DNA from: Nitrospiraceae bacterium
GTDB taxonomy: Bacteria > Nitrospirota > Nitrospiria > Nitrospirales > Nitrospiraceae
Length of the DNA: 64,000 bases
Direction of reading: 5' to 3'
Assembly (NCBI GenBank): GCA_050246315.1
Contig: JBFWWG010000003.1
Location: forward strand, 32,001 to 96,000
Every line of letters begins with the position of its first letter. The stretch's first letter is position 1. The notes below the pieces were generated by a model that saw only the letters and a program-made list of their open reading frames with translations, was not told the DNA's origin and did not search any database. Shown piece after piece: positions 9,538-19,822 of this stretch. The position numbers and the translations under genes are program-made.

Positions 9538-10206
9538 ATGAGCAAGAGACCAGCGCAGCAGCTTGCGATTGCAGGCGTCAGCCTCGCTCTGACGATTGGA
9601 TTATTTTTTGTCGTGCAATCCAAGGACTCCATCTTTCGATGGAGCATGGCGTCGGGGTACACCGGACTCGCGCTGTTAGGCACCTCGCTCGTCATCGGCC
9701 CATGGAACGTGATTCGAGGGGCTCCCAATCCGATCAGCACCCACTTGCGCCGGGATATAGGGATCTGGGGAGGAGTGGTCGGCCTCGTGCATACCGTGCT
9801 GGGTTTGCAGGTACATATGAGGGGAAAGTTCTGGCTCTACTTTATCTTTTCTCCGGAGGAGTCTCATCGAATTCCCCTGCGATACGATCTCTTTGGGTTT
9901 GCCAATTACACCGGCTTGGCGGTCGCGATGATCCTGTTGCTCCTCCTGAGCTTATCAAATGACTCCTCGCTGATCCGCCTCGGCCTTCATCGCTGGAAAG
10001 CTCTTCAGCGCTGGAACTACGCGGGGTTTCTTCTGTTGGTGCTCCACGGCGCAGCCTATCAGTTTATTGAGAAAAGAGGCCCGGGCTTTATCGTCCTCTT
10101 CGCCATATCGGTCCTCCTGGTCTGCGCATTCCAAGTCTCGGGATTCCGAGCGATCCGGAAGGAAAAGCGCGTTGCATTACCCGGCTCCCTTGCGTCCAGA
10201 GATTGA
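9538..10206 (+). CDS. Ferric-reductase-like transmembrane protein (MsrQ/YedZ-like)
   Basis: About 6 TM; SGY..L...SL.IGP, LRRDIGIW, LSND.S...LG..RWKALQRWNY......LH; start at ATG 9538 uncertain. Confidence 0.7.
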   Translation: MSKRPAQQLAIAGVSLALTIGLFFVVQSKDSIFRWSMASGYTGLALLGTSLVIGPWNVIRGAPNPISTHLRRDIGIWGGVVGLVHTVLGLQVHMRGKFWLYFIFSPEESHRIPLRYDLFGFANYTGLAVAMILLLLLSLSNDSSLIRLGLHRWKALQRWNYAGFLLLVLHGAAYQFIEKRGPGFIVLFAISVLLVCAFQVSGFRAIRKEKRVALPGSLASRD

Positions 10207-10349
10207 CTGTATCGAGAGCGGCCGCCGTGCTCGGGGTCGGCCGTTGCGTGCGAAACAGCGATGCACCCTGTTCACCGCCTCCGAGCCCAATCCATACTCG
10301 TGCGGGAAGCGTGAACGGCACTCATGGAGAACCCGTTAGTCATGTACCG

Positions 10350-11579
10350 ATGAAGATCTTAGTATTATCACGAAACTACCCCAACAACGTGATCGCCGGG
10401 TTAGGCTTATGGGTCAAACGTCTCGTGGACGCGTGCGCGAAGAGCTGCGAACTGAAAGTGATCTCGCCGGTCCCCTATGTACCTCCGTTTGCCCGGTCCG
10501 ATTATTACGCCCGCTTTCGAGCAATTGTTCGGTCTTGCCAGGCACACGGCACCGAAGTGTTCTATCCTCGTTTTCTCGCGGGGCCCGCTCAAGTGTTTTA
10601 TTCCACCGAAGCGCTTCGGTATTACCTGGGCATTCGCGCACTCGTTGAGAGGATTCACAAAACCTTTCCCTTTGGACTGATTCATGCTCATTTTGGATTT
10701 CCCGATGGCGTTGTGGCCGCCTGGTTGGGCAAGCAATACGGAATTCCGGTTGTCGTCACCCAACATGCGCTTTGGCGGCCCAACCGGATGGAGAAGATGC
10801 ACTGGGTTCGTCGACAGGCCATGTGGGCCGTCCGGAACAGTGTGTTTCAGATCGCCGTCAGCAGTTCGGTAAAACGAAGCATGGAACATTTCATGGGTGA
10901 CCTCGATCAAGTTCGAGTCATCCCGGTAGGGGTGGACGGCTCGATCTTCCACCCCGTCGCAACCGACACTCGGGATGTCCACCAGATCCTGTACGTAGGC
11001 TTCCCCAACTACAATAAGGGCGTTGATCTGCTGTTGCAGGCGATGACACAGGTCTCACGACGACACCCCAAGGCCCGTTTGGTGTTGGTCGGCGGGAGCT
11101 TCTACAAGGATACCAACAAACAGGAGCAACACCTTCGTGCCATGACCGAGAAGATGGGCCTTCAGGAGCGCGTCGTCTTCGCCGGTCATAGACCCCCCGA
11201 GGAAGTGGCCCAGTTCATGAGGCGCAGCGCTCTGCTTGTCCTACCCAGCCGCGCCGAAAGTTTTGGGGCGGTACTGGTGGAAGCGCTGGCCAGCGGAATT
11301 CCTGTTGTGGCAACACGCTGTGGCGGGCCAGAAGACATCGTGACCGATGAGGTTGGAACCTTGGTTGCTACCGAGGACGATCACGCCTTAGCACTGGCGA
11401 TAGAGAGGGTGCTCTCGCAGTTGACCGCCTATCACCCTGACCGGCTACGAGCCTATGCACTGGAGCACTTTTCGTGGAACCGCATCGCCGCAGAAACGCA
11501 CGCGCTCTACGATGAGGCCCTGGCGATGGGCCGGAGGGAGGAGTGCGCCCGGGCGGTTTCCAACGGTCTGCTCGGCTAA
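10350..11579 (+). CDS. Glycosyltransferase family 4
   Basis: IHAHFGFPDG, KGVDLLLQA, AESFGAVLVEALASG (EX7E). Confidence 0.9.
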   Translation: MKILVLSRNYPNNVIAGLGLWVKRLVDACAKSCELKVISPVPYVPPFARSDYYARFRAIVRSCQAHGTEVFYPRFLAGPAQVFYSTEALRYYLGIRALVERIHKTFPFGLIHAHFGFPDGVVAAWLGKQYGIPVVVTQHALWRPNRMEKMHWVRRQAMWAVRNSVFQIAVSSSVKRSMEHFMGDLDQVRVIPVGVDGSIFHPVATDTRDVHQILYVGFPNYNKGVDLLLQAMTQVSRRHPKARLVLVGGSFYKDTNKQEQHLRAMTEKMGLQERVVFAGHRPPEEVAQFMRRSALLVLPSRAESFGAVLVEALASGIPVVATRCGGPEDIVTDEVGTLVATEDDHALALAIERVLSQLTAYHPDRLRAYALEHFSWNRIAAETHALYDEALAMGRREECARAVSNGLLG

Positions 11580-11651
11580 TCTCATGCTGCGCCCATGCGT
11601 CCCAGAGCCACCGCGGGTCGAAGACGGTGGCCTGCCTTGTCGGAGTCGCTG

Positions 11652-12761
11652 ATGGAGTTGGCGATCAATGGCCTCCGCCTGATGGGAAGACGTTACGGAG
11701 TAGGCCGGTACATTGAATACCTCCTGCGTCACTGGAGCGTGACGGATCATCCCTTCGCGCGGATCGTTGTCTATACACCGGGTCCGGTGGATTTGAGTCC
11801 CTGGCCGTTCGCCACGATCGAACATCGGATCGTGCCGACCGGCGGTTCCTCTGGCTATTGGGAACAAGTGGTGTTGGCGAGGCTTCGCCAAAAGCACGAC
11901 ATTCTATTTTGTCCGAGCTATGTCATCCCCATTATGGGCGCCGGGAAAACAGTGGTGACCCACCTGGGCTCATACGAGGCGCTGCCGTCGGCTTTTCCTC
12001 TCTTAGAACGATGGAAGAGCCGGTTGCTTTACCAACTGAGCGCCAAACGAGCCGATCATGTGATCACCGTATCAGAGTCGTCCAAGCGAGACATCGTGCG
12101 TTTCTATGACATTCCCCCCGCGAAGGTGAGTGTGATCTACCTTGGCGTCGATCCCTTGTTCAGACCCATCACGGAAGCGGATCTCTTGGCCTCGACACGG
12201 AAGCGGTTTTTCGGCGTCGATCGCCCGTACATTCTCTTTGTCGGGAAACTATCGGCCCGACGCCACATTCCCGAACTCATCGCGGCGTACGGTTCACTCA
12301 GGCGCACCCGGATGATTCCACATGGCCTGCTGCTCGTCGGATCTGATACGATTGGCCAAAACATCCCCCAGCTCGCACAGATGCACGGCGTATCCAAGGA
12401 TCTCGTTCATCAGGACTTTGCGTCCCACGAAGAACTGGTTCGGATCTACAATGCCGCGGACCTCTTCATCTATCCTTCCTCCTACGAAGGATTCGGGATT
12501 CCGGTGCTAGAGGCCATGGCTTGCGGTGTTCCGACCATCACATTGAGAAACTCTTCCTTCCTCGAATTTGCAGCCGACACCGTGTACTTAGCTCGCGACG
12601 GAGGTGCGCAGGAACTGTCCGAGGCCATCGAGCGCGTGCTGGATTCACAGGAGTTGCGAACAAAAATGAAGACGACCGGGCCAGTACAAGCGCAACGGTT
12701 CGGCTGGGCCTCGATTGCAAGACAGACCATGGCGGTCCTGACCGGCGTGGCAAACCCATGA
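11652..12761 (+). CDS. Glycosyltransferase family 4
   Basis: GVGRY, VITVSESSKRD, YEGFGIPVLEAMACG; start 11595 or 11652. Confidence 0.9.
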   Translation: MELAINGLRLMGRRYGVGRYIEYLLRHWSVTDHPFARIVVYTPGPVDLSPWPFATIEHRIVPTGGSSGYWEQVVLARLRQKHDILFCPSYVIPIMGAGKTVVTHLGSYEALPSAFPLLERWKSRLLYQLSAKRADHVITVSESSKRDIVRFYDIPPAKVSVIYLGVDPLFRPITEADLLASTRKRFFGVDRPYILFVGKLSARRHIPELIAAYGSLRRTRMIPHGLLLVGSDTIGQNIPQLAQMHGVSKDLVHQDFASHEELVRIYNAADLFIYPSSYEGFGIPVLEAMACGVPTITLRNSSFLEFAADTVYLARDGGAQELSEAIERVLDSQELRTKMKTTGPVQAQRFGWASIARQTMAVLTGVANP

Positions 12762-12770
12762 GGCACGAAG

Positions 12771-14357
12771 ATGAGCACGAGCGATAGCGGCGACGTTTCG
12801 GTCCGAGTACCGCTCCAGCACGCCGTCCCCGAACGGCAATTCGTCCGATTCAAGCGGATCATCCTCGTGAACCCCCCAAGTCCACCTGGATATGTCGCCA
12901 ATCGTGACTCCATGGGAGGATTTGGACAACTCTTTCCCTCGGGGGCTCCGGTCTTCCCCGCGTTAGACTTCGCCTACCTTGCAAGTTACCTGTGGGACAA
13001 GGGTCTCCGGATTGACGTGATCGAGAGCCAAGGACTGGACCTGACAACCGATCAGCTCGTGGCACGGATCACCGACATCGTCCGCGAAGACCCGGCGCCA
13101 CAAGTCCTGGTGGTTGCGCGAATTTCCGCTCCGTCGCTCGATTGGGATTTGTCCATTTTGGCGGAGATCAGGGCTGCCGTGCCGGGGAGCACCGCGGCCG
13201 TCTACGGTCCGGTCGTCCCACATGTCCTGCATCGTCTCCGAGAAGAACCCTGTCTCGATTACCTACTCCAAGGCGAACCGGACGAGACCGTGGTTGAACT
13301 GGCGAACGGTCTGCCGGAGGAAGGCATTCTCGGACTCAGCTACCGCTCAGGAGAATCCTGGAGGAGTTCCCCGGCACGACCCTTTTTGAAAGAGTTGGAT
13401 CAACTTCCTTTCCCGAAATGGGAATTGTTGCCATATCGCCGGTACACCCTTCCGAAATCCTCCACGACAGCGGCCCTTCCCTTTCTGCCGATGATCACGT
13501 CACGCGGTTGTCCCTACGGATGCCACTACTGCCCATACCCTGTCGCGCAAGGACTGCCGTGGCGTTACCGATCGCCGCAGAATGTCGTCGATGAAATCGA
13601 GCATCTCGTCAACGATCTGGGCATCCGGTACATATTGTTCCGAGATCCCATGTTTTCCATGAAGCAGAGTCGCGTCCGCGAGATCTGCGGCGAGATTCTT
13701 CGTCGCCGCCTCGCGTTGAAGTGGAAATGCGAAACACGGCCGGATTGCCTCGATGAAGAAACGGTCAAAGCGATGGCCGCAGCGGGATGCGATGGCATCA
13801 ATTTCGGTGTGGAGAGTGTCGAGGTCGAAATTCAATCCGGCGTCGGGCGAAAACCGATCCCAAAAGAAAGGATCATCGAGATGACCGCCCTTTGCCGAAG
13901 GCACGGCATCAAGACATTTTGCTTCTTTATCATCGGTCTGCCTGGCGATACGCGGCACACGATTCTCAATACAGTGGAATTCGCCGTCCGCTTGCGGTCC
14001 AACTGGGTGCAGTTCACGGCGGCCACGCCGTTTATCGGGACGAAACTTCGCGAATGGGCCGTCGGCCAAGGATTGGTCACCGCATCAGAATATGCGTATG
14101 TCAACAGCCATGAAGCCACTGTCGGGAACGGGAGTCTCTCCAAACAGGAGGTGGAGGCCCTTCACCGTTTCGCCAAATTTTTTGAGCGCTATCTGATCAA
14201 TCGATTCGGGATCTTGAAGGACGACAATCGACGAGATGCGGTCTACCGTCTCGCCCATCAATCTGCCGATTGGGTCACGGCCGTCGTGGCCAGGGCGGCA
14301 TTCGCCATGGGTCGTCGTTGGCTGGAACGTACCGCTTCTCCCTTACGCGGGTCGTGA
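12771..14357 (+). CDS. B12-binding-domain radical SAM enzyme
   Basis: N-terminal ILVNPP...P.LDFAYLAS cobalamin-binding-type domain, GEP, TSRGCPYGCHYC (CxxxCxxC), FGVES, FFIIGLPGDT. Confidence 0.85.
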   Translation: MSTSDSGDVSVRVPLQHAVPERQFVRFKRIILVNPPSPPGYVANRDSMGGFGQLFPSGAPVFPALDFAYLASYLWDKGLRIDVIESQGLDLTTDQLVARITDIVREDPAPQVLVVARISAPSLDWDLSILAEIRAAVPGSTAAVYGPVVPHVLHRLREEPCLDYLLQGEPDETVVELANGLPEEGILGLSYRSGESWRSSPARPFLKELDQLPFPKWELLPYRRYTLPKSSTTAALPFLPMITSRGCPYGCHYCPYPVAQGLPWRYRSPQNVVDEIEHLVNDLGIRYILFRDPMFSMKQSRVREICGEILRRRLALKWKCETRPDCLDEETVKAMAAAGCDGINFGVESVEVEIQSGVGRKPIPKERIIEMTALCRRHGIKTFCFFIIGLPGDTRHTILNTVEFAVRLRSNWVQFTAATPFIGTKLREWAVGQGLVTASEYAYVNSHEATVGNGSLSKQEVEALHRFAKFFERYLINRFGILKDDNRRDAVYRLAHQSADWVTAVVARAAFAMGRRWLERTASPLRGS

Positions 14358-14388
14358 CGCGATGCGTGCGTTCGGTGGCTGATCAGCC

Positions 14389-15366
14389 ATGCCCATGACC
14401 ATTCTCGTAACCGGGGCCACTGGATTCTTAGGATCTCATCTGGTCCAGCGTCTTGTGGAGGAGGGGCATCGTGTCAAAATTCTCACCCGACCTGGTTCCT
14501 TGTCGGGTGTCCGACGAAACCTTCGCGTGGAAGCGATCACCGGGGATGTGACCAACCAGCGTGAGACGTCCGAGGCGATTCATGGATGTGACGTGGTCAT
14601 TCACGCCGCCGCCAATCTCAGCTATTGGGGAAACGATCGTTCTGTCCTGGAACAGGTGAACGTTGAAGGTACGCGAAACGTGGTCCACGCGTGTCGCCTG
14701 AACGGAGTGACGCGGCTCATTCATGTCAGTTCTGTGGCTGCCATCGGTATTCCCGATTCACCCGAGCACCCGGCGGGCGAAGAGTTTCTCTTTAATCTCG
14801 AAGGAAAGAGCCTGCCGTATCACCTTTCCAAGCACAAGGCCGAGCAAATCGTTCTCGATGAAGTGAATCGAGGGCTCGATGCCGTGATCGTGAATCCCGC
14901 CTCCATCTTTGGACCGTACCGGACGACCTATCGCGGAGCCGACATGCTTCGAAAAGTCCGACAGACGAGAATCGTCCCATACTTCACGGGCGGGATCTGT
15001 GTGGTTCATGTCGATGATGTCGTCAGTGGGATTCAGGCTGCCTTGCGACATGGCACGATCGGCCACCGATACATTTTAGGAGGCGAGAATGTCAGTTTCC
15101 TGAGTTTGGTACAACGGACGGCGGCTGCAATGGACATTCAGCGAAGGTTCGTCCCGGTGTTTCCCTTCGTCACCGCCCTGGCAGCCTCGATTCTTGAGCC
15201 GTTGGGACGCTTGCGTGGACGCCGTCCGTCTATCACCTATGTGACTCATTATTGCGCAGGTCGCTATCATTTCTATAGTTCGGAGAAGGCTGCCCGGACA
15301 TTCGGATATGCTCCGCGGCCATTTGATTCGATTCTTCATGAATGTCTGCGGATGCGCATGTGCTGA
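14389..15366 (+). CDS. Extended SDR NAD-dependent epimerase/dehydratase (HpnA/dihydroflavonol-reductase-like)
   Basis: ILVTGATGFLGS, NVEGTRNV, YHLSK, VIVNPASIFGP, VHVDDV, RYILGGENVS. Confidence 0.85.
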   Translation: MPMTILVTGATGFLGSHLVQRLVEEGHRVKILTRPGSLSGVRRNLRVEAITGDVTNQRETSEAIHGCDVVIHAAANLSYWGNDRSVLEQVNVEGTRNVVHACRLNGVTRLIHVSSVAAIGIPDSPEHPAGEEFLFNLEGKSLPYHLSKHKAEQIVLDEVNRGLDAVIVNPASIFGPYRTTYRGADMLRKVRQTRIVPYFTGGICVVHVDDVVSGIQAALRHGTIGHRYILGGENVSFLSLVQRTAAAMDIQRRFVPVFPFVTALAASILEPLGRLRGRRPSITYVTHYCAGRYHFYSSEKAARTFGYAPRPFDSILHECLRMRMC

Positions 15367-15514
15367 AGAGGCGAGTCTGCCTCCGTGTCGTGCTGCTCCA
15401 CACGGGGCACGGCCAATTGTCCGGCGCGGCCGCAGATCGTGGTCTGGATACGGACAACACAGCTCAAGCCGATACGCGAGCCGACTTTGGAGCGCCTTAG
15501 AGAATCTCCGTCCT

Positions 15515-15729
15515 TAGCCCGCATTATGCATGGCGGTTCGTGACGAAATGGCGGAGTCGCGTGGCGAGACGGGCGCGTCGAGGCGCGAGACCCCGAAGCA
15601 TACTGGAAACAGTATGTTGAGGGGGCGAGCGGCGAGCCCGCTCGCTTTCGTGCCGAAACTTCGCACGCAGGCCTGTCGCAGCAGCAAACCCGTAATTCCA
15701 GTAGAAGCGTTCATGAATAATGCGGGTTA
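15515..15729. mobile_element. MITE, family A
   Basis: TIRs TAGCCCGCATTATGCATG / CATGAATAATGCGGGTTA (16/18); TTAG at both junctions; internal hairpins; no transposase. Confidence 0.75.
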
Positions 15730-15782
15730 GGGTTACTCATGGAGGGTTGCCACCCGCGGCTGCATAGGATCAAGGAAGCACC

Positions 15783-16895
15783 GTGAGTCTCATGACTTCG
15801 TCCTCGGCGGAAGGTAGCAGCATCGTGAGCCCGTTGTCGTCATTGCCGCTCGTGTCGATCGTTGTGCCGGTGTTCAATGGCGAGCGATACTTACGCCAAA
15901 GCCTGGACTCTCTGATGGCGCAATCCTACCCGCGATGCGAAGTACTCCTCATGGACGATGCCTCGACCGATGGCACGTCCGCGATCGTGGCCTCGTACGG
16001 AAATCGCGTGACCTCCGTCCGCCAGCCGGAGAATGTGGGTCAATTTGCCAATGTCAATGACGGCATCGCTCGTGCGAGAGGGGAATACATTGCCGTGTTT
16101 CATGCGGATGATCTGTATCATCCGACGATCGTCGAGCAAGAGGTCACCTATCTGAATCGCCATCGGGATGCGGGAGCGGTGTTCACCCTGTACGTGTTCA
16201 TCGACGAGGCCGGAAACGAATACGGGCGGCTGACCATTCCCAAGGAAGTGGCCAGTGACCGGCCGTTGCCGTATGCCTGTATCCTGAACGCGCTGCTCGA
16301 GTACAAGAACCGGTTCTTATGCGGGCCAAGCAGCATGGTTCGTGCATCGGTGTATCGAGAGATCGGGCTCTATCGTGGTCATCGGTACGGCATCGCGTCG
16401 GATCTGGACATGTGGGTGCGAATCGCGCAGAAACATTCCATCGGGATCATTCGGGAGCACCTCATGTCGTATCGCCACGGCCACGGCAATTCCACTCAGC
16501 GGCATTACCATTTGCGCACTCGGCCAGAGGGACATTTCGCCATTTTGGATGAATGCCTGGCCCATGGACCACGCGTTCCCGTCAGGGCCGAGGCATTGGC
16601 CGCCCACGAGGCACACCGGGCTGAGGATCAGATCATGTTGGCGATCAACCACTATATCCTCGGCGATCTCAAGAGTGCGACCATCCTGCTCGGTCGCATC
16701 CGACAGGGTGTCCTGCTCCGGAGCCGCAGGGTCCACCGGTTCAGGCTGGTGCTGCTCCATGTCGGCCTCAGCATCCTGGTTCGCCTTCCTCGCATTCCAC
16801 CCTTGGCGAACGCCTGTTATCGCCGTTGGCATGTCAAGACCCCGCCGACTCGTGAAGCATGCTGGAACGGCGTCTCGTTCGGATGGCCATTTTAG
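15783..16895 (+). CDS. Glycosyltransferase family 2
   Basis: VSIVVPVFNGERYL, DDASTDGT, VFHADD, SDLDMWVRI; start may be slightly downstream. Confidence 0.9.
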   Translation: MSLMTSSSAEGSSIVSPLSSLPLVSIVVPVFNGERYLRQSLDSLMAQSYPRCEVLLMDDASTDGTSAIVASYGNRVTSVRQPENVGQFANVNDGIARARGEYIAVFHADDLYHPTIVEQEVTYLNRHRDAGAVFTLYVFIDEAGNEYGRLTIPKEVASDRPLPYACILNALLEYKNRFLCGPSSMVRASVYREIGLYRGHRYGIASDLDMWVRIAQKHSIGIIREHLMSYRHGHGNSTQRHYHLRTRPEGHFAILDECLAHGPRVPVRAEALAAHEAHRAEDQIMLAINHYILGDLKSATILLGRIRQGVLLRSRRVHRFRLVLLHVGLSILVRLPRIPPLANACYRRWHVKTPPTREACWNGVSFGWPF

Positions 16896-16910
16896 AGACT
16901 GTTCAAGAGA

Positions 16911-18032
16911 GTGCCCGTGAATCAGCGCATCGCTCTCTACATCGATCCGCCGACCCACCACTTTCTCGGTGACCGGCTATTTGTGCTCGACGACGGGCGC
17001 CCGAACGGCGATCACATGAACGGACCGTACGTCTATCTGAGGGAACGGCTCGCCTCACAAGGCATCGCCGTCCATACGGCCGACCGATTGCGTGAGACTC
17101 TTACCTCGGATGCGCAGCAACAGAATGTCTATGTCTCGATGGGATACTTGGACAATTACGAGCACCTCGCCAAACGACCCGATACGGTGGTCAGCGCCTT
17201 CTTTGCGATGGAGTGCCCGATTGTCGAGCCTTCGTTGTATCGCGCACTTCATGATGTGCAGCGGCGCTTCAAGCGGATCTACTCCTGGAGCGATAGTGCG
17301 TCGTTGGAGCCGTTTGTCGGCGAGCGCCTCAAACTGGAATCGATGTGTTGGCCTCAAGCCTTCGATCGGGTGCACGACGTGTGGGGTCGGCCACGTAAGA
17401 AGTTCCTCGTGATGATCAACTCCAACAAGCTGCCGCGCCTGTATGTGCGGGAGTTGTACACGGAGCGTCTAAAGGCCGTCGAGTATTTCTCGCGCACCAA
17501 CGAAATCGAATTGTACGGGCCGGGGTGGGACGGGCCGTCGAGCCGCGTGGGAAAGACATGGGTGCCGGCAACCGTACGCCGGATCCAGCGCGAGATCGTG
17601 CGCCGCTGGCATCATATCCATCCCGATCCGCTCCTGGAGGCGGCCCGTCGTGTCTATCGTGGGCAGGCCAGCACGAAACGGGACGTCCTCAGCCAGTATA
17701 CTTTCGCCCTCTGCTTCGAGAACATGATCCTCAACGGCTGGATCACCGAGAAAATCTTCGACTGCTTCTTCGCGGGCACCGTGCCCGTCTATTGGGGTCC
17801 TCCGAATGTCACCGACTACATTCCCGTCGAGTGCTTTATCGATATGCGCCGGTTCGCCGATTATCAGGAGCTTCACGCCTTTCTGAAATCGCTCGATGAG
17901 AATACGATTCGACGATATAAGGAACACGCGCGGGATTTTCTGAGCTCGCCGCAGTTCAAGCCGTTCTCGAAAGAGGCGTTCGTGGATATCTTCCGTCGGA
18001 TCATTCGGGAAGACGCCGGAGTGGCACTCTAA
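16911..18032 (+). CDS. Glycosyltransferase family 10 (alpha-1,3/4-fucosyltransferase-like)
   Basis: YTFALCFENMILNGWITEKIFDCFFAGTVPVYWG matches the GT10 alpha3-FucT motif. Confidence 0.8.
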   Translation: MPVNQRIALYIDPPTHHFLGDRLFVLDDGRPNGDHMNGPYVYLRERLASQGIAVHTADRLRETLTSDAQQQNVYVSMGYLDNYEHLAKRPDTVVSAFFAMECPIVEPSLYRALHDVQRRFKRIYSWSDSASLEPFVGERLKLESMCWPQAFDRVHDVWGRPRKKFLVMINSNKLPRLYVRELYTERLKAVEYFSRTNEIELYGPGWDGPSSRVGKTWVPATVRRIQREIVRRWHHIHPDPLLEAARRVYRGQASTKRDVLSQYTFALCFENMILNGWITEKIFDCFFAGTVPVYWGPPNVTDYIPVECFIDMRRFADYQELHAFLKSLDENTIRRYKEHARDFLSSPQFKPFSKEAFVDIFRRIIREDAGVAL

Positions 18033-18260
18033 CCCGCATGATTCACGATGAATGCGACTGCAACCGCCGTGCGCCCCGTTGCCATCCAGGAGCAACGGGT
18101 ACCCCGGCTGCGACAAGCCATGATAGCCGAAGGTGTTGCTCCGGCGGCAACAATGAAGAGGGGCTCCGCATGGGGTACCCCTTGCTCTTCTCCATGCAAT
18201 GGGTCCAACGCTTGGCGTCTTGGCGATTTCGTCACGAATTCTCGTGGATAATGAGGGCTA
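18030..18260. mobile_element. MITE, family A; its left end overlaps the GT10 stop codon
   Basis: TIRs TAACCCGCATGATTCACGA / TCGTGGATAATGAGGGCTA (15/19); CTAA at both junctions; first ~90 nt closely match 37293 onward. Confidence 0.75.
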
Positions 18261-18300
18261 AGCCTCCTGGCGCTGTACTGTCACGGGTCTGGGAGAACGT

Positions 18301-19770
18301 ATGCTTCGGATTCTCGTTGGAATCGGGACGCTGCAAGGTCTCGCCGTACTGGTGAACTTTGCCCGAACGAAGATCACCGCGCTGTTGGTCGGCCCCGAAG
18401 GTGTCGGCATCATCAGCGTGATCGATCAATTGATTCAATTCGTCGCGCACACTTGCGCCCTCAGCCTGCCGTTTGCCGCGGTCAAGTTCTTGTCCAAGGC
18501 TCACAGCGAAGGCGGCGAGGCGTTCCGCGAAGGGTATGTTCTTTTTTTCAAGGCTCTGTTGGTGCTGAGCTCGATCGGGACGGTCGTCGCGGTAAGTTTG
18601 GCGCTCTTGCGGATCGATCTCTTTCCCAAGGAACTTACATCGTACTCCACGTTGCTCGTCGTGGGGTTTCTCGGCATTCCGGGAACCGTGTTGGCCGGGT
18701 TCTTCCCGAACGTCTTGGCGGCGGGCCAGCAACCCACCGGATCGGCTCGGTTGACCCTGTATGTCGGCATGACGGTCGCGTCGGCGAGTACGGTCGGTTT
18801 GGCGATGGGAGGGTTGCTGGGATTGTATGCGGGAAGCGCAGCCGCCGTGACGATCGTCGCCGTCGCGACGGTCGGCTATCTCCGGCAGATCCTGGGGCTG
18901 GCCGTGACACGATCCTCGGCGGCGCTCCGGGTGGGATTCCACCGCTTAGGGAACGTGGTGTCCTTCAGCATCCTGTTCTATGTCAGCGCCCTCACCTCCA
19001 CCGGGGCGCTGCTGGTCGCACGCTACGTCGTCTTGGAGAATTTCGGCGAAGCCGAGGCCGGTTTCCTCCAAGCCGGCATGGCGATCGCGCTGCTGATGAA
19101 CGTGGTGCTCAATCCCTTGAACGGATTGTTTTTGACGCCGCAAGTCAATCGGGCGAGTTCCAAGGAAGAGAAGTTCCAGACGGCGGTGGAGTTCCAAAAA
19201 CAACTGGCCATGATCCTGATGATCCTCGCGCTGCCGATGGTGCTCTTTCCGCACATCATTCTGTGGGTCGCCTTTTCATCGAAGTTTTTGGTCGTCGCGC
19301 CATACGTGTTTCTTTTCGTGCTGTGGCAGGCCTTCGTCAATCTTGGCGGCGTGTACCAGGCGCTCCTGATCGGGCTCGACGACATGGTGTCCTATACCGC
19401 CTTGACCTGTCTGGGCAACCTCCTGGCGGCCGGCGCGGTGGTGCTCCTCGCTCCGCGCTACGGCGTCGTCGGAGCGGCGATCGGATTGGCCGTGGCGAGC
19501 GCGCTTGTCTCAGTCGGGACCTTCGTCCGATTGCGACTGCGGCATGGATTTGGCTTACCCGGCACTCTGGTCTCCCTGATGAGTTACAGTCTCCTGGTCA
19601 TGTTCGCATTCGGCGTCGTCTTCAGACATGCCGGCGATTGGAACCTCACCACCGTCTTTTCGAAAATCGGGGTGGCTCTCCTCGCGGTCATGGGCCTCTT
19701 GCTCTTTTTGAATCGGAAGGACAAGCTTGCCTTGTCGGCCATCTCCCATAAGATGTGGCCCGGCACCTGA
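18301..19770 (+). CDS. Second Wzx-like flippase
   Basis: RTKITALLVGPEGVG N-terminal signature of WzxE/O-antigen flippases; about 13-14 TM; EAGFLQA in the central loop. Confidence 0.8.
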   Translation: MLRILVGIGTLQGLAVLVNFARTKITALLVGPEGVGIISVIDQLIQFVAHTCALSLPFAAVKFLSKAHSEGGEAFREGYVLFFKALLVLSSIGTVVAVSLALLRIDLFPKELTSYSTLLVVGFLGIPGTVLAGFFPNVLAAGQQPTGSARLTLYVGMTVASASTVGLAMGGLLGLYAGSAAAVTIVAVATVGYLRQILGLAVTRSSAALRVGFHRLGNVVSFSILFYVSALTSTGALLVARYVVLENFGEAEAGFLQAGMAIALLMNVVLNPLNGLFLTPQVNRASSKEEKFQTAVEFQKQLAMILMILALPMVLFPHIILWVAFSSKFLVVAPYVFLFVLWQAFVNLGGVYQALLIGLDDMVSYTALTCLGNLLAAGAVVLLAPRYGVVGAAIGLAVASALVSVGTFVRLRLRHGFGLPGTLVSLMSYSLLVMFAFGVVFRHAGDWNLTTVFSKIGVALLAVMGLLLFLNRKDKLALSAISHKMWPGT

Positions 19771-19822
19771 TGCGCGACTGCGAACGGGAACGGCGCCTGA
19801 CCGAGCGCACGAGAGAACTGGC

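Noticed and set aside
18453..19751. 432-aa Arg-rich alternative-frame ORF, and similar long shadow ORFs over other genes
   Set aside because: GC-rich frame artefacts with no motifs, overlapping well-supported genes.
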